Source: Alphaproteobacteria bacterium (GTDB taxonomy: Bacteria; Pseudomonadota; Alphaproteobacteria; UBA828). From it: 64,000 bases of DNA. The stretch lies in the NCBI GenBank assembly GCA_965221125.1, contig CBDCRW010000007.1, positions 640,001-704,000 on the forward strand, given 5' to 3'. Both the position numbers and the translations under genes were made by a program. Numbering within the stretch: the stretch's first letter is position 1; every line of letters starts with the position of its first letter. Below are positions 31,821 to 44,263 of this stretch, one piece after another. The notes beneath the pieces are model-generated. The model had not been told where the DNA came from and ran no database searches. It saw nothing but the letters and a program-made list of their open reading frames with translations.

Positions 31821-33149
31821 ATGCTCAGCGATTCGGACCGCATCTTCACCAATCTCTACGGCATCCGGGACGCCGGCCTGGCCGGCGCGCGTGCGCGCGG
31901 CGACTGGGACGGCACCGCCGGGCTGATGGCCAACGGGCACGACTGGATCGTCGATCAGGTCAAGGAGTCGGGCTTGCGCGGGCGCGGCGGCGCCGGCTTC
32001 CCGACCGGGCTCAAGTGGTCCTTCATGCCGAAGGAGGAAGCGCCCGGCCGGCCGCACTACCTCGTCGTCAATGCCGACGAGAGCGAGCCCGGCACCTGCA
32101 AGGACCGGGACATGATGCGCCACGATCCGCACAAGCTGATCGAGGGGTGCTTGCTCTCAGGCTTCGCCATGCGGGCGCACGCGGCCTACATCTACATCCG
32201 GGGCGAGTTCTACGACGAGGCGGTGGCGCTGCAGGCGGCGATCGACGAGGCCTACGAGGCGGGCCTCATCGGCGAGAGCCCGTGCGGCACCGACTGGCCC
32301 TTCGACGTCTACCTGCACCGGGGCGCCGGCGCCTACATCTGCGGCGAGGAAACCGGGCTGCTCGAGAGCCTCGAAGGCAAGCCGGGCCGGCCCCGCCTCA
32401 AGCCGCCCTTCCCCGCGGCGGTCGGGCTCTACGGCTGTCCGTCCACCGTCAACAACGTCGAGACCATCGCGGTCGTGCCCACCATCCTGCGCCGCGGCGC
32501 CGCATGGTTCGCCGGCATCGGCCGGCCCAAGAACACCGGCACCAAGGTTTTCTGCATCTCCGGCCACGTCAATCAGCCGTGCAACGTGGAGGAGGAGATG
32601 GGCATCCCCATGCGCGAGCTGATCGAGAAGCACGCGGGCGGGGTGCGCGGCGGCTGGGACAACCTGCAGGCGGTGATCCCCGGCGGCGCCTCGGTGCCGC
32701 TGCTGCCGAAGTCGATCTGCGACGAGGTGCTGATGGACTTCGATTCGCTGATGGCCGAGAAATCCGGGCTCGGCACGGCGGCGGTGATCGTGATGGACAA
32801 GTCGGCCGACGTGGTCGAGGCCATCGCCCGGCTCTCCCACTTCTACATGCACGAGAGCTGCGGCCAGTGCACGCCCTGCCGCGAGGGCACCGGCTGGGTC
32901 TACCGCGTGATGCTGCGCCTCATCCGGGGCGAGGCGTCGGTCGAGGAAATCGATCTGCTGTGGGACGTGGTGGGCCAGATCGAGGGACACACCATCTGCG
33001 CGTTGGGCGACGCCGCCGCGTGGCCGGTGCAGGGGCTGATCCGCCACTTCCGCCCGGAGCTCGAGCGGCGCATCCTCGCCGCGAAGGTGAGCGGCGGCGA
33101 GGCGGCGGGTGCAACCACCGCCACCGCCGACGCCGCGGCGGCAGCCTGA
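31821..33149 (+). CDS. nuoF: NADH-quinone oxidoreductase subunit F
   Basis: [30 protein letters not shown]. Confidence 0.97.
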   Translation: MLSDSDRIFTNLYGIRDAGLAGARARGDWDGTAGLMANGHDWIVDQVKESGLRGRGGAGFPTGLKWSFMPKEEAPGRPHYLVVNADESEPGTCKDRDMMRHDPHKLIEGCLLSGFAMRAHAAYIYIRGEFYDEAVALQAAIDEAYEAGLIGESPCGTDWPFDVYLHRGAGAYICGEETGLLESLEGKPGRPRLKPPFPAAVGLYGCPSTVNNVETIAVVPTILRRGAAWFAGIGRPKNTGTKVFCISGHVNQPCNVEEEMGIPMRELIEKHAGGVRGGWDNLQAVIPGGASVPLLPKSICDEVLMDFDSLMAEKSGLGTAAVIVMDKSADVVEAIARLSHFYMHESCGQCTPCREGTGWVYRVMLRLIRGEASVEEIDLLWDVVGQIEGHTICALGDAAAWPVQGLIRHFRPELERRILAAKVSGGEAAGATTATADAAAAA

Positions 33150-33160
33150 GGACGCGGCCG

Positions 33161-35218
33161 ATGACGACGCTCACCATCGACGGCGCCGAGATCACGGTCG
33201 AGCCCGGCTCGACGGTGATGCAGGCCTGCGTGCAGGCCGGCAAGGAGATCCCGCACTTCTGCTTCCACGACCGGCTCTCCATCGCCGGCAACTGCCGCAT
33301 GTGCCTGGTGGAGATGGAGCGCTCGCCCAAGCCCATCGCGTCCTGCGCCATGCCGGCGGCGGACGGCATGGTGATCCGCACCGACACGCCGTCCGTCAAG
33401 AAGGCGCGGGAAGGGGTGATGGAGTTCCTGCTCATCAATCACCCGCTGGATTGCCCCATCTGCGACCAGGGCGGCGAGTGCGACCTGCAGGACCAGGCGA
33501 TGGCCTACGGCCGCCACTTCAGCCGCTTCGACGAAGGCAAGCGCGCGGTGCGCGACAAGGATGTCGGCCCGCTGATCGAGACCATCATGACGCGCTGCAT
33601 CCACTGCACGCGGTGCATCCGCTTTGCCGACGAGATCGCCGGCGTCGAGGAGTTCGGCGCGGTCTTTCGCGGCGAGCACATGGAAATCGGCACCTATGTC
33701 GAGAAGGCGGTCTCCTCCGAGCTCAGCGGCAACATGATCGACCTCTGCCCGGTCGGCGCGCTGACGTCGAAGCCCTACGCCTTCGTCGCGCGCTCGTGGG
33801 AGCTGCGCACGACCGAGACCATCGACGTGCTCGACGCGGTCGGCTCCAACATCCGGGTCGACACGCGCGGGACCGAGGTGCTGCGCGTCGTGCCCCGCCT
33901 GCACGACGACGTGAACGAGGAGTGGATCTCCGACAAGAGCCGCTTCGCATACGACGGTCTGCGCCGCCGCCGCCTCGACCGCTGCTACGTGCGGCGCGAC
34001 GGCGCGCTCGAAGCCGCGAGCTGGGCCGAGGCGTTCGACGCCATCGCGGCGGCTGCGGAGGGCCTGGAGGGCGAGCGAATCGCCGCGCTCGCAGGCGACA
34101 TGGCCGATTGCGAGTCGATGACCGCGCTCGCCGACCTGATGGCGGCGCTCGGCTCGCCCAATCTCGATTGCCGGCAGGACGGCGCGAAGCTCGATCCCGC
34201 CAGCCGCGCCTCCTACCTCTTCAACACCACTATCGCCGGGATCGAGGAGGCCGATGCGATCCTCCTGATCGGCACCAATCCGCGCTGGGAGGCTTCGCTC
34301 GTCAACGCGCGCATCCGCAAGCGCTGGCGCCGGGGCGGGCTCAAGGTCGGCGTCATCGGCCCCAAGGCCGATCTCACTTACCCGTACCACCACTTGGGCG
34401 AGGGGCCGGAGAGCCTGGCCAATCTCGCCAAGGGTGGGCACGCCTTCGCCGACGTGCTCAAGATGGCGGAGCGGCCGATGCTGATCGTGGGTCAGGGCGC
34501 GCTCGCGCGGCCGGATGGCGCTCACGTGCTGGCCCAGGCGAGAGAGCTGGCGGAAGCGACCGGCATGGTCGCCGACGGCTGGAACGGCTTCAACGTGCTG
34601 CACACGGCGGCGGCCCGCGTCGGCGGGCTCGACCTCGGCTTCGTGCCGGGGAAGGGCGGGCGCGATACGGCGGCGATCCGCGCCGGCGTCCGCGACGGCT
34701 CGCTCCGCCTGCTCTACCTGCTGGGCGCGGACGAGGCGGATATCGAGCGCACCGAGTCCTGCTTCGTCGTCTACCAGGGCCACCACGGCGATGCCGGCGC
34801 GCGCATCGCCGACGTGGTCCTGCCGGGCGCGGCCTATACCGAGAAGGACGGCACCTACGTCAACGTCGAGGGCCGCCCGCAGCGGGCCTACGCGGCGACC
34901 GCGCCGCTCGGCGATGCGCGGGAGGACTGGCGCATCCTGCGCGCGCTCTCCGCCCGTCTCGGCACGGCGCTTGCCTACGACACGCTGGACGAGCTTCGCG
35001 GGCGCATGGTGGAGCGCGCGCCGGTGCTCGCCGCCATCGGCGAGATCGCGCCCGCGCCGTGGGGCGCGTTCGGCACCCCCGGCGCCATGGACGAGGCGCC
35101 CTTCGCGAGCCCCATCGGCGACTTCTACCTGACCGATCCGATCACGCGCGCGTCGCAGACGATGACCGAGTGCAGCGCCGCGTTCGTCGCCGGGGCGGAG
35201 GCCCCTGCCGATGGCTGA
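33161..35218 (+). CDS. nuoG: NADH-quinone oxidoreductase subunit G
   Basis: [31 protein letters not shown]. Confidence 0.97.
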   Translation: MTTLTIDGAEITVEPGSTVMQACVQAGKEIPHFCFHDRLSIAGNCRMCLVEMERSPKPIASCAMPAADGMVIRTDTPSVKKAREGVMEFLLINHPLDCPICDQGGECDLQDQAMAYGRHFSRFDEGKRAVRDKDVGPLIETIMTRCIHCTRCIRFADEIAGVEEFGAVFRGEHMEIGTYVEKAVSSELSGNMIDLCPVGALTSKPYAFVARSWELRTTETIDVLDAVGSNIRVDTRGTEVLRVVPRLHDDVNEEWISDKSRFAYDGLRRRRLDRCYVRRDGALEAASWAEAFDAIAAAAEGLEGERIAALAGDMADCESMTALADLMAALGSPNLDCRQDGAKLDPASRASYLFNTTIAGIEEADAILLIGTNPRWEASLVNARIRKRWRRGGLKVGVIGPKADLTYPYHHLGEGPESLANLAKGGHAFADVLKMAERPMLIVGQGALARPDGAHVLAQARELAEATGMVADGWNGFNVLHTAAARVGGLDLGFVPGKGGRDTAAIRAGVRDGSLRLLYLLGADEADIERTESCFVVYQGHHGDAGARIADVVLPGAAYTEKDGTYVNVEGRPQRAYAATAPLGDAREDWRILRALSARLGTALAYDTLDELRGRMVERAPVLAAIGEIAPAPWGAFGTPGAMDEAPFASPIGDFYLTDPITRASQTMTECSAAFVAGAEAPADG

Positions 35219-36227
35219 AGCGGGCGTCTGGAGCACCTACTTCTACCCGCTGTTCCTCACCATCGGGTACATCCTCGCGATCATCGTGCCGCTGATGCTG
35301 GTGCTCGCCTTCATCACCTATTTCGAGCGCAAGGTCTGGGCGGCGATCCAGCTCCGCAAGGGGCCCAACGTGGTGGGTCCCTTCGGCCTGCTGCAGCCGG
35401 TGGCGGACGGCATCAAGTGCCTGTTCAAGGAGACCATCGTCCCCGCCGGCGCCAACCGCATGCTCTTCGTGCTGGCGCCGATGGTGACCTTCAGCTTAGG
35501 CCTCATCGGCTGGGCGGTGATCCCCTTCGACCAGCACCTCGTGCTCGCCGATCTGAACGTCGGCCTGCTCTACCTCTTCGCCGTCTCCTCGCTCGGTGTC
35601 TACGGCATCATCATCGCGGGCTGGGCCAGCAACTCGAAGTACGCCTTTCTCGGCGCGCTCCGCTCGGCGGCGCAGATGGTCTCCTACGAGGTCTCCATCG
35701 GCTTCGTGCTGGTGACGGTGCTGCTGTGCGTCGGCTCGCTCAACCTCAACGCCATCGTCGAGGCCCAGCGGGGGCTCTGGTTCTTCATCCCGCTGTTCCC
35801 GATGTTCGTGATCTACTTCGTTTCCGCGCTGGCCGAGACCAACCGCACGCCCTTCGACCTGCCGGAGGCCGAGGGCGAGCTGGTGGCCGGCTACCAGGTG
35901 GAATACTCGTCGATGACCTGGCTGCTCTTCATGATGGGGGAGTACGCCAACATCGTCCTGCTGAGCGGGCTCGCCGTGATCCTGTTCCTGGGCGGCTGGC
36001 TGCCGCCCTTCCACGTGGACCCGCTGATGGCGGTCCCCGGCGTGGTCTGGTTCCTGCTGAAGACGGCGGTCGTCGTCTTCTTCTTCACGTGGACGCGCGC
36101 GACGCTGCCGCGCTACCGCTACGATCAACTCATGCGGCTCGGCTGGAAGGTGTTCCTGCCGGCCTCGCTCGCCATGGTCGTAATCGTGGCCGGCGCGCTG
36201 CACGCGTTCGACTGGTTGCCGAGGTAA
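35211..36227 (+). CDS. nuoH: NADH-quinone oxidoreductase subunit H
   Basis: [31 protein letters not shown]. Confidence 0.97.
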   Translation: MAEAGVWSTYFYPLFLTIGYILAIIVPLMLVLAFITYFERKVWAAIQLRKGPNVVGPFGLLQPVADGIKCLFKETIVPAGANRMLFVLAPMVTFSLGLIGWAVIPFDQHLVLADLNVGLLYLFAVSSLGVYGIIIAGWASNSKYAFLGALRSAAQMVSYEVSIGFVLVTVLLCVGSLNLNAIVEAQRGLWFFIPLFPMFVIYFVSALAETNRTPFDLPEAEGELVAGYQVEYSSMTWLLFMMGEYANIVLLSGLAVILFLGGWLPPFHVDPLMAVPGVVWFLLKTAVVVFFFTWTRATLPRYRYDQLMRLGWKVFLPASLAMVVIVAGALHAFDWLPR

Positions 36228-36291
36228 GTCACTCTGGAGCCGGTGGGCGGCCTGTGCTATGGCCGCGCCCGGCGCCGACGAGGAGGTCGCC

Positions 36292-36780
36292 ATGCCAGCA
36301 ATCGAGCAGACGGTTCGATCCTTGCTCCTGACCGAGCTGGCGGTCGGACTCGGCGTCACCTTCAAGCAGATGTTCAAGCGCAAGGCGACGCTCAACTACC
36401 CTTACGAGAAGGGCATGCTGAGCCCGCGCTTTCGCGGCGAGCATGCGCTGCGCCGCTACCCCAACGGCGAGGAGCGCTGCATCGCCTGCAAGCTGTGCGA
36501 GGCGATCTGCCCCGCGCAGGCCATCACCATCGAGGCCGAGCCCCGCGAGGACGGCAGCCGGCGCACCACCCGCTACGACATCGACATGGTGAAGTGCATC
36601 TACTGCGGCTTCTGCCAGGAGGCCTGCCCGGTCGATGCCATCGTCGAGGGCCCTAATTTCGAGTTCGCTGCCGAGACCCGCGAGGAGCTGCTCTACAACA
36701 AGGAGAAGCTGCTCGACAACGGCGACCGTTGGGAGCGCGAGATCGCCGCCAACCTGAGCGCGGAGGCACCCTACCGCTGA
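36292..36780 (+). CDS. nuoI: NADH-quinone oxidoreductase subunit I
   Basis: Two CxxCxxCxxxCP motifs; AGGAGG RBS before ATG 36292. Confidence 0.97.
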   Translation: MPAIEQTVRSLLLTELAVGLGVTFKQMFKRKATLNYPYEKGMLSPRFRGEHALRRYPNGEERCIACKLCEAICPAQAITIEAEPREDGSRRTTRYDIDMVKCIYCGFCQEACPVDAIVEGPNFEFAAETREELLYNKEKLLDNGDRWEREIAANLSAEAPYR

Positions 36781-36829
36781 GCCGGCATCGGCAGGGGCGG
36801 AACGGTAAGTCGAGCGGGACCACGGCACG

Positions 36830-37459
36830 ATGATCATTCAGACGATCATGTTCTACGTCCTCGCCGTGGTGACGGTGGGCGCCGGCGTCATGGTGATCGC
36901 GTCGCGCAACCCCGTTCACTCGGTGCTCTTCCTGATCCTGGCGTTCTTCAACTCTGCCGGGCTCTTCGTGATGATGGGCGCCGAGTTCCTGGCGATGATC
37001 CTCATCATCGTCTACGTCGGCGCCGTCGCCGTGCTCTTCCTCTTCGTCGTGATGATGCTGAACATCAACTTCGCGGAGCTGCGCGCGGGCTTCCTTCAAT
37101 ACCTGCCCATCGGCGGCGTCATCGGCATCATTCTGCTCGCCGAGCTTGTGCTGGTCTTCGCCTCCGGCGCCATCGACATCGAGGTGCCGACGAAGGTCGC
37201 CTCGCCCACGCCGCCGGCTGACGAGGTCACCAACACGCAAGCGCTGGGCGACGTGCTCTACACCCACTACGCCTACCTGTTCCAGGGCGCGGGCTTCATC
37301 CTCCTGATCGCGATGGTGGGCGCCATCGTGCTCACCCACCGGCGCCGCGCCGACGTGCGCCGCCAGCGCATCGCCGATCAGGTGGCGCGCGATCCCAAGG
37401 CTGCCGTTCGCCTTACCGACATCGAGCCGGGCGCGGAGGGGACATGGAAATCGGACTGA
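36830..37459 (+). CDS. nuoJ: NADH-quinone oxidoreductase subunit J
   Basis: [26 protein letters not shown]. Confidence 0.96.
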   Translation: MIIQTIMFYVLAVVTVGAGVMVIASRNPVHSVLFLILAFFNSAGLFVMMGAEFLAMILIIVYVGAVAVLFLFVVMMLNINFAELRAGFLQYLPIGGVIGIILLAELVLVFASGAIDIEVPTKVASPTPPADEVTNTQALGDVLYTHYAYLFQGAGFILLIAMVGAIVLTHRRRADVRRQRIADQVARDPKAAVRLTDIEPGAEGTWKSD

Positions 37460-37752
37460 CCCATTACCTCACCGTGGCCGCGGTCCTCTTCACCCTCGGC
37501 GTCGTCGGCATCTTCCTCAACCGCAAGAACGTCATCATCATCCTGATGGCGATCGAGCTGATGCTGCTCGCCGTCAACATCAACCTGGTCGCCTTCTCGA
37601 CCTTCCTCAACGACATGGTGGGCCAGGTCTTCGCCATGCTCGTGCTCACGGTCGCTGCCGCCGAGGCTGCGATCGGCCTCGCCATCCTGGTCGTCTACTT
37701 CCGCAATCGCGGCAGCATCGCCGTCGAGGACGTCAACGTGATGAAGGGTTAG
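37444..37752 (+). CDS. nuoK: NADH-quinone oxidoreductase subunit K
   Basis: [20 protein letters not shown]. Confidence 0.96.
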   Translation: MEIGLTHYLTVAAVLFTLGVVGIFLNRKNVIIILMAIELMLLAVNINLVAFSTFLNDMVGQVFAMLVLTVAAAEAAIGLAILVVYFRNRGSIAVEDVNVMKG

Positions 37753-37757
37753 GGCCG

Positions 37758-39686
37758 GTGCTCCATTACGCCGCGCCCATTTTCCTGCCGCTCTTCGGGG
37801 CGGTGATCGCCGGCCTGTTCGGCCGGGTGATTGGCGCGCGGGCTTCGCAGCTCGTCACCTGCGGCGCGATGGGCGCCGCCGCGGTGATGGCGATCGTCGT
37901 CTTCGTCCAGGTCGTGTTGCAGGGCGAGACCGCGACCATCGTGCTCTTCGACTGGTTCGCCTCCGGCGACCTCGACGTGGACTGGCTGCTCAGGTTCGAC
38001 GAGCTGACCGGCGTCATGGTCTTCGTCGTCTGCGTGGTCTCGTTCCTGATCCACGTCTACTCGATCGGCTACATGGCGCACGATCCCCATGTGCCGCGCT
38101 TCTTCGCCTACCTCTCGCTCTTCACCTTCTTCATGCTGGCGCTGGTGAGCGCCGACAACTTTCTGCAGATGTTCTTCGGCTGGGAGGGGGTCGGCCTCGT
38201 CTCCTACCTGCTGATCGGCTTCTGGTACAAGCGGCCGTCGGCGAACGCCGCGGCAATCAAGGCCTTCATCGTCAACCGCGTGGGCGATTTCGGCTTCGCG
38301 CTCGGCATCCTCGCGATCTTCCTCATGTTCGACACCGTCTCGTTCGACGCCGTGTTCGCCGGCGTGCCCGGGATGGTGGACGCCGAGCTCACCTTCCTCG
38401 GCCACTCCTTCGACTTCCTGGAGGTCGCCTGCATCCTTCTCTTCGTCGGCGCCATGGGCAAGTCGGCGCAGTTCCTGCTGCACACCTGGCTGCCGGACGC
38501 GATGGAGGGCCCGACCCCGGTCTCGGCGCTGATCCACGCCGCGACCATGGTGACCGCCGGCGTCTTCATGGTGGCGCGCCTCTCGCCGATCTTCGAGTAC
38601 GCGCCGATCGCGCTCTCGGTGGTGACCTTCTTCGGCGCGACCACGGCGATCTTCGCGGCGACCATCGCGATCACGCAGAACGACATCAAGCGGGTGATCG
38701 CGTACTCGACCTGCAGCCAGCTCGGCTACATGTTCTTCGCCTGCGGCGTCTCGGCCTACGGCGCCGGCATCTTCCACCTGACGACCCACGCGTTCTTCAA
38801 GGCGCTGCTCTTCCTCGGTGCGGGCGCCGTGATCCACGCCATGTCGGACGAGCAGGACATGCGCAAGATGGGCGGCATCTGGCGCATGATCCCGGTGACC
38901 TACGTGCTGATGTGGATCGGCAACCTGGCGCTCGCCGGGATCTTCCCGTTCTCCGGCTTCTTCTCCAAGGACATCATCCTGGAGTCCGCCTTCGCCTCGC
39001 ACACCGGGCTCGGCATGTACGCCTTCGGCCTCGGCATCCTGGCGGCGTTCCTCACCGCGTTCTACTCGTGGCGGCTGCTGTTCCTGACCTTCCACGGCAA
39101 GCCGCGCGCCGACGAGAAGGTGATGGCCCACGTCCACGAGGCGCCGGCCGTCATGTGGGTGCCGCTGGTGGGGCTCGCCATCGGCGCCGTCGTGATCGGC
39201 TACCTGATGTTGCCGATGGTGGCGACCGACATCGACTTCTGGGGCACCTCGATCCTCGTGCTCCCCATCCACAACGCGCTGGCGGAGGCGCACCACGTCG
39301 ACTTCTGGGTGAAGGCGCTGCCGATGGCGGTGGGCGTGCTCGGGATCGCCGGCGCCTTCCTCTTCTACGTGCTCAGGCCCGAGCTTCCGGGCCGGCTGGC
39401 TGCGCGGGCGCGGCCGGTCTACCTCTTCCTGCTCAACAAGTGGTACTTCGACGAGCTTTACGACATCCTCTTCGTGCGCTCCGCCAAGTATCTCGGGCGC
39501 AACCTCTGGAAGCAGGGCGACGGCGCGGTGATCGACGGCATCGGGCCGGATGGCTTCGCGGCCGCGACCCTCTCCATCGCGCGCCGCGCGGTCCGGCTGC
39601 AGTCAGGCTACGTCTACCACTACGCCTTCGCGATGCTGCTGGGCCTTGCGGCCATCGTGACCTGGTATCTGATCGCGGGCAGGTAG
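37758..39686 (+). CDS. nuoL: NADH-quinone oxidoreductase subunit L
   Basis: GWEGVG, WLPDAMEGPTPVSALIHAATMV, THAFFKALLF. Confidence 0.97.
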   Translation: MLHYAAPIFLPLFGAVIAGLFGRVIGARASQLVTCGAMGAAAVMAIVVFVQVVLQGETATIVLFDWFASGDLDVDWLLRFDELTGVMVFVVCVVSFLIHVYSIGYMAHDPHVPRFFAYLSLFTFFMLALVSADNFLQMFFGWEGVGLVSYLLIGFWYKRPSANAAAIKAFIVNRVGDFGFALGILAIFLMFDTVSFDAVFAGVPGMVDAELTFLGHSFDFLEVACILLFVGAMGKSAQFLLHTWLPDAMEGPTPVSALIHAATMVTAGVFMVARLSPIFEYAPIALSVVTFFGATTAIFAATIAITQNDIKRVIAYSTCSQLGYMFFACGVSAYGAGIFHLTTHAFFKALLFLGAGAVIHAMSDEQDMRKMGGIWRMIPVTYVLMWIGNLALAGIFPFSGFFSKDIILESAFASHTGLGMYAFGLGILAAFLTAFYSWRLLFLTFHGKPRADEKVMAHVHEAPAVMWVPLVGLAIGAVVIGYLMLPMVATDIDFWGTSILVLPIHNALAEAHHVDFWVKALPMAVGVLGIAGAFLFYVLRPELPGRLAARARPVYLFLLNKWYFDELYDILFVRSAKYLGRNLWKQGDGAVIDGIGPDGFAAATLSIARRAVRLQSGYVYHYAFAMLLGLAAIVTWYLIAGR

Positions 39687-39690
39687 CGGC

Positions 39691-41229
39691 ATGACCGATT
39701 GGCCGATCCTGTCCACCGTCACCTTCCTACCGCTGGCCGGAGTCTTCTTCATCCTCCTCATCCGCGGCGACGAGCGGCAGATCGCGGCCAACTCCCGCCA
39801 CGTGGCGCTCTGGACCTCGATCGTCACCTTCGCGCTCTCGGTCGTGCTGGTCGCCGACTTCGACACGTCGACGGCAGAGTTCCAGTTCGTCGAGTTCGTG
39901 CCTTGGCTGCCCGAGCACAACATCGGCTACCACCTGGGCGTGGACGGGATCTCGATCTTCTTCCTGATCCTCACCACGTTCCTCATTCCGATCTGCATCC
40001 TCGCCTCGTGGGAGGCGATCGGGACTCGCGTGCGCGAATTCATGATCGCCTTCCTGGCGATGGAGACGCTGATCGTCGGCGTCTTCTGCTCCCTCGACTT
40101 CGTGATGTTCTACATCTTCTTCGAGGGCCAGCTCATCCCGATGTTCCTCATCATCGGCATCTGGGGCGGCGCGCGGCGGGTCTACTCGGCGTTCAAGTTC
40201 TTCCTCTACACGCTGGTGGGCTCGGTGCTGTTCCTGCTGGCGATCCTCTTCATGTACCTCGATGCCGGCACCACCGACATCCCGACGCTGCTTGCGCACC
40301 ACTTCGCGCCGGCGGTGCAGACCTGGCTCTGGCTCGCGCTCTTCGCCTCCTTCGCCGTCAAGCTGCCGATGTGGCCGTTCCACACGTGGCTGCCCGACGC
40401 CCACGTGGAGGCGCCGACGGCGGGCTCGGTGATCCTCGCCGGCATCCTGCTGAAGATGGGGGGCTACGGCTTCCTCCGCTTCTCGCTGCCGATGCTGCCG
40501 GACGCGAGCGCCTTCTTCGTGCCCTTCGTCTATTCGCTCAGCGTGGTCGCGATCATCTACACCTCGCTGGTCGCGCTCATGCAGCAGGACATGAAGAAGC
40601 TGATCGCCTATTCCTCGGTCGCCCACATGGGGATCGTCACCATCGGCATCTTCACCTTCACCGCGCAAGGCATCGAGGGCGGGATCGTCCAGATGCTGAG
40701 CCACGGCATCGTCTCGGCGGCGCTCTTCCTCTGCGTCGGCGTCGTCTACGACCGCACTCACACCCGCGAGATCGCCGACTACGGCGGGCTGGTGCACCGC
40801 ATGCCGATCTACGCCTTCGTGCTCATGGTGTTCACGCTGGCCGCCATCGGCTTGCCCGGCACCAGCGGCTTCGTCGGCGAGTTCATGGTGCTGGTGGGCG
40901 CCTTCCAGTCGAACACCTGGGTCGCCATGCTGGCGCTGACCGGCGTGATCCTGGGCGCCGCCTACATGCTCTGGCTCTACCGGCGCGTGATCTTCGGCGA
41001 GCTCACCAAGGAGAACCTCAAGTCGATCACCGACCTCAACTGGCGTGAGGTCGGCATCTTCGCGCCGCTGGTCTCGCTCGCGCTGGTGCTCGGGCTCTAT
41101 CCCGAGCCCTTCCTCGACGTGCTCCACGTCTCGGTCGAGAACCTGATCGCGCAGACGAACGGCGCGCCGCCGCTGCCGGCCGCCGAGCCCGGGAGCGCAT
41201 CGGTGCCCGCGCTCGCGGCGCTGCAATAG
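39691..41229 (+). CDS. nuoM: NADH-quinone oxidoreductase subunit M
   Basis: [24 protein letters not shown]. Confidence 0.97.
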   Translation: MTDWPILSTVTFLPLAGVFFILLIRGDERQIAANSRHVALWTSIVTFALSVVLVADFDTSTAEFQFVEFVPWLPEHNIGYHLGVDGISIFFLILTTFLIPICILASWEAIGTRVREFMIAFLAMETLIVGVFCSLDFVMFYIFFEGQLIPMFLIIGIWGGARRVYSAFKFFLYTLVGSVLFLLAILFMYLDAGTTDIPTLLAHHFAPAVQTWLWLALFASFAVKLPMWPFHTWLPDAHVEAPTAGSVILAGILLKMGGYGFLRFSLPMLPDASAFFVPFVYSLSVVAIIYTSLVALMQQDMKKLIAYSSVAHMGIVTIGIFTFTAQGIEGGIVQMLSHGIVSAALFLCVGVVYDRTHTREIADYGGLVHRMPIYAFVLMVFTLAAIGLPGTSGFVGEFMVLVGAFQSNTWVAMLALTGVILGAAYMLWLYRRVIFGELTKENLKSITDLNWREVGIFAPLVSLALVLGLYPEPFLDVLHVSVENLIAQTNGAPPLPAAEPGSASVPALAALQ

Positions 41230-41239
41230 GGGCTGGGCG

Positions 41240-42700
41240 ATGCAGAATTTCGTCGAGCCCGATTATCTGCCCGCGCTGCCGGAACTCTTCCTCGCCGGCG
41301 CCTCCGTCACGCTGCTGATGGCGGGCGTCTTCATCGGCGACCGTTCGACGCGGCTCATGACCTGGCTCGCCTGCGTCTCCATGGCGGTCGCCTTCGTCAT
41401 GGTGCTGGCGCTCCCCGACGAGCGGACGACGACCTTCTTCGGGCTCTTTGTGGTCGACCGCTTCGCCGCCTTCATGAAGTGCCTGGTGCTGGTGGGCGCG
41501 GCGGTCACGCTCATCGTCGGCATCGGCTACGTGAAGCGCGAGGGGATGAACCGCTTCGAGTTCCCGGTGCTGATCGTCTTCGCCACCCTCGGCATGCTGC
41601 TGATGATCTCGGCGAACGACCTGATCGCGCTCTACGTCGGACTCGAGCTGCAGAGCCTCTCGCTCTACATCGTCGCCGCCTTCCGCCGGGATTCGCTGCG
41701 CTCGACCGAGGCGGGCCTCAAGTACTTCGTCCTCGGCGCGATCTCGTCGGGCCTGCTGCTCTACGGCTGCTCCATGGTCTACGGCTTCACCGGCGTGACC
41801 GGCTTCGAGGGGATCGCCGAGGCGCTGGCCACCACCGTGCCCGGCAACGTGGCGGCAGAGACGGGCGTGCTGATCGGCCTCGTGTTCATCGCCGCGGCGT
41901 TGGCCTTCAAGGTCTCGGCGGTGCCCTTCCACATGTGGACGCCCGACGTCTACGAGGGCGCGCCGACGCCGGTCACGGCCTTCTTCGCCGCAGCACCCAA
42001 GGTCGCCGCCATGGCGCTGCTGCTCCGGGTCTTCGTCGGCCCCTTCCACGAGCTTGCCGACCAGTGGGATCAGATCGTGATCTTCGTCTCGGTGGCCTCG
42101 ATGGGGCTCGGCGCCTTCGCCGCCATCGGCCAGAAGAACATCAAGCGGCTGATGGCCTACAGCTCCATCGGCCACGTCGGTTATGCGCTCGTCGGGCTCT
42201 CGGCCGGCACGCCCGAGGGGATCCGGGGCGTGATCGTCTACATGCTGATCTACATGGTGATGACGCTCGGCGGCTTCGCCTGCATCCTCGCCATGCGCCA
42301 GCGCGGCCAGATGGTCGAAGAGATCAGCGACCTCTCCGGCCTCTCCAAGACCAACCCGTCGCTGGCTCTCGCGCTCGCGATCTTCATGTTCTCGATGGCG
42401 GGCATTCCGCCGCTCGCCGGCTTCTTCGGCAAGCTCTACGTGTTCCTGGCGGCCGTGGACGAGGGGCTCTACGGGCTCGCCATCTTCGGCGTGCTGGCGA
42501 GCGTCGTCGGCGCCTACTACTACATCCGCATCGTCAAGGTGATGTACTTCGATCAGCCGACCGACGGGTTCGACCGCCCGGTAGGCGTGGAGCTTTCCGC
42601 CGTGCTCGCGGGCACCGGCATCATCACGCTCCTTTTCTTCGCCTATCCGGCGCCGATCCTGGCCGGGGCGGAAGCCGCCGCCGCGGCGCTCATGCCCTGA
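41240..42700 (+). CDS. nuoN: NADH-quinone oxidoreductase subunit N
   Basis: [32 protein letters not shown]. Confidence 0.97.
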   Translation: MQNFVEPDYLPALPELFLAGASVTLLMAGVFIGDRSTRLMTWLACVSMAVAFVMVLALPDERTTTFFGLFVVDRFAAFMKCLVLVGAAVTLIVGIGYVKREGMNRFEFPVLIVFATLGMLLMISANDLIALYVGLELQSLSLYIVAAFRRDSLRSTEAGLKYFVLGAISSGLLLYGCSMVYGFTGVTGFEGIAEALATTVPGNVAAETGVLIGLVFIAAALAFKVSAVPFHMWTPDVYEGAPTPVTAFFAAAPKVAAMALLLRVFVGPFHELADQWDQIVIFVSVASMGLGAFAAIGQKNIKRLMAYSSIGHVGYALVGLSAGTPEGIRGVIVYMLIYMVMTLGGFACILAMRQRGQMVEEISDLSGLSKTNPSLALALAIFMFSMAGIPPLAGFFGKLYVFLAAVDEGLYGLAIFGVLASVVGAYYYIRIVKVMYFDQPTDGFDRPVGVELSAVLAGTGIITLLFFAYPAPILAGAEAAAAALMP

Positions 42701-42717
42701 CGACGAGACCCCTCCCC

Positions 42718-43497
42718 ATGCCGCCGGCGGCGCTGCCGCAAGGCTACACGCTGATCGCCCTCGACGAGGCCGGCAGCACCAACGACGAGGCCAAGGCGCG
42801 CGCGGCGGCAGGCGCGGCGGAGGGGACCGTCGTCCGTGCGCGGCGGCAGCGGGCCGGGCGCGGGCGGCGCGGACGCGTCTGGGACTCGCCGCCCGGCAAT
42901 CTCTACTGCTCGGTGCTGCTCCGCCCCGCCTGCGAAGCGCGGCGGGTGGCGCAGCTCTCGTTCGTCGCCGCGCTCGCCGTCCTCGACCTCGTGGACGGGC
43001 GCCTGCCCGGCCGCGCGCGCTGCAAGTGGCCCAACGACATCCTCGTGGACGGCGGCAAGGTTGCCGGTATCCTGCTGGAATCGGCGCTGCGATCGGATGG
43101 GCGCGTGGACTGGGTGGTGCTCGGCATCGGCGTGAACCTCGTGGATCATCCCGGCCTCGAGGGGCCGATCCCGTCGACGAGCCTCGTCGCCGCCGGCGCC
43201 CCGATGCTCGCGCCCGAGGAAGCGCTGCCCCCGCTGCTTGCGGCGCTGACCCGGCGGCGGTCGGCGTGGGAGGCGCACGGCTTCGCGGCGGTACGGCGCG
43301 CCTGGCTCGGCCGCGCCCACGGGCTCGGCGGCCCGGTGACGGTCGCGGGCGGCCGGGAAACGCTCGTCGGCACGTTCGAGGGGCTGGATGAGGAAGGCGC
43401 TCTGATGCTCGCGCGCGAGGGCGAAGCACCGCTCTCCATCGCGGCGGGCGACGTCTACTTCGGCGACGCGGGGGCGGCCCATGCTGCTCGCGGTTGA
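42718..43497 (+). CDS. birA: Biotin--[acetyl-CoA-carboxylase] ligase (group I, no HTH)
   Basis: STND, QRAGRGRRGR, KWPND, KVAGIL. Confidence 0.93.
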   Translation: MPPAALPQGYTLIALDEAGSTNDEAKARAAAGAAEGTVVRARRQRAGRGRRGRVWDSPPGNLYCSVLLRPACEARRVAQLSFVAALAVLDLVDGRLPGRARCKWPNDILVDGGKVAGILLESALRSDGRVDWVVLGIGVNLVDHPGLEGPIPSTSLVAAGAPMLAPEEALPPLLAALTRRRSAWEAHGFAAVRRAWLGRAHGLGGPVTVAGGRETLVGTFEGLDEEGALMLAREGEAPLSIAAGDVYFGDAGAAHAARG

Positions 43498-44263
43498 CGC
43501 CGGCAACACCAACACGGTGTTCGCCGTCTTCGAAGGCGGCGGCGAGGCGGCGCTCGGCCAATGGCGCGCCATGACCGACGCGCGGCGAACCAGCGACGAA
43601 TACGCGGTCTGGCTGGGGCAGCTCCTGGCGCAGGCGGGCCTCAGCCTCGCCGATGTCGAGGACGCCATCGTCTCCAGCGTGGTGCCGCAGGGGATCGGCG
43701 CGCTCAAGTCCCTCTGCGCCGACCACTGCGGCTGCGCGGCAGAGGTCGTCGGCGAGCCGGGGGTCCGCCTCGGCATCGACGTGAACGTGCCCCGGCCCGA
43801 CGAGGTCGGCGCCGACCGGCTGGTGAATGCGGTGGGCGCCCATATCCGCCACTCGGGCGCGCTGATCGTCCTCGATTTCGGCACCGCGACCACCTTCGAC
43901 TCGGTGAGCGCAGACGGCGCCTACGAAGGCGGCATCATCGCGCCCGGCATCGCGCTCTCGCTGGAGGCGCTGCACCAGGCCGCGGCGCAGCTCCCGCGCA
44001 TCGCCGTCAGGCGCCCCGAGACCGTGATCGGCCAGGCGACCGTGCCGGCCATGCAGTCCGGCATCTACTGGGGCTACGTGGGACTGATCGAGGGGATCGT
44101 CGCCCGCATGAAGGCCGAGATCGCAGCACCCGTCACGACCGTCGCGACCGGCGGGCTGGCCGGCCTCTTCGGCGACGCCACGGCGGCCATCGACACGGTC
44201 GATCCCGACCTCACCATTCGGGGGCTGCGCGAGGTGCACCGTCGCAATCGGGGGGCGGGATGA
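43481..44263 (+). CDS. coaX: Type III pantothenate kinase
   Basis: VDAGNTN, GADR, DFGTATT, GGIIAPG. Confidence 0.95.
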   Translation: MLLAVDAGNTNTVFAVFEGGGEAALGQWRAMTDARRTSDEYAVWLGQLLAQAGLSLADVEDAIVSSVVPQGIGALKSLCADHCGCAAEVVGEPGVRLGIDVNVPRPDEVGADRLVNAVGAHIRHSGALIVLDFGTATTFDSVSADGAYEGGIIAPGIALSLEALHQAAAQLPRIAVRRPETVIGQATVPAMQSGIYWGYVGLIEGIVARMKAEIAAPVTTVATGGLAGLFGDATAAIDTVDPDLTIRGLREVHRRNRGAG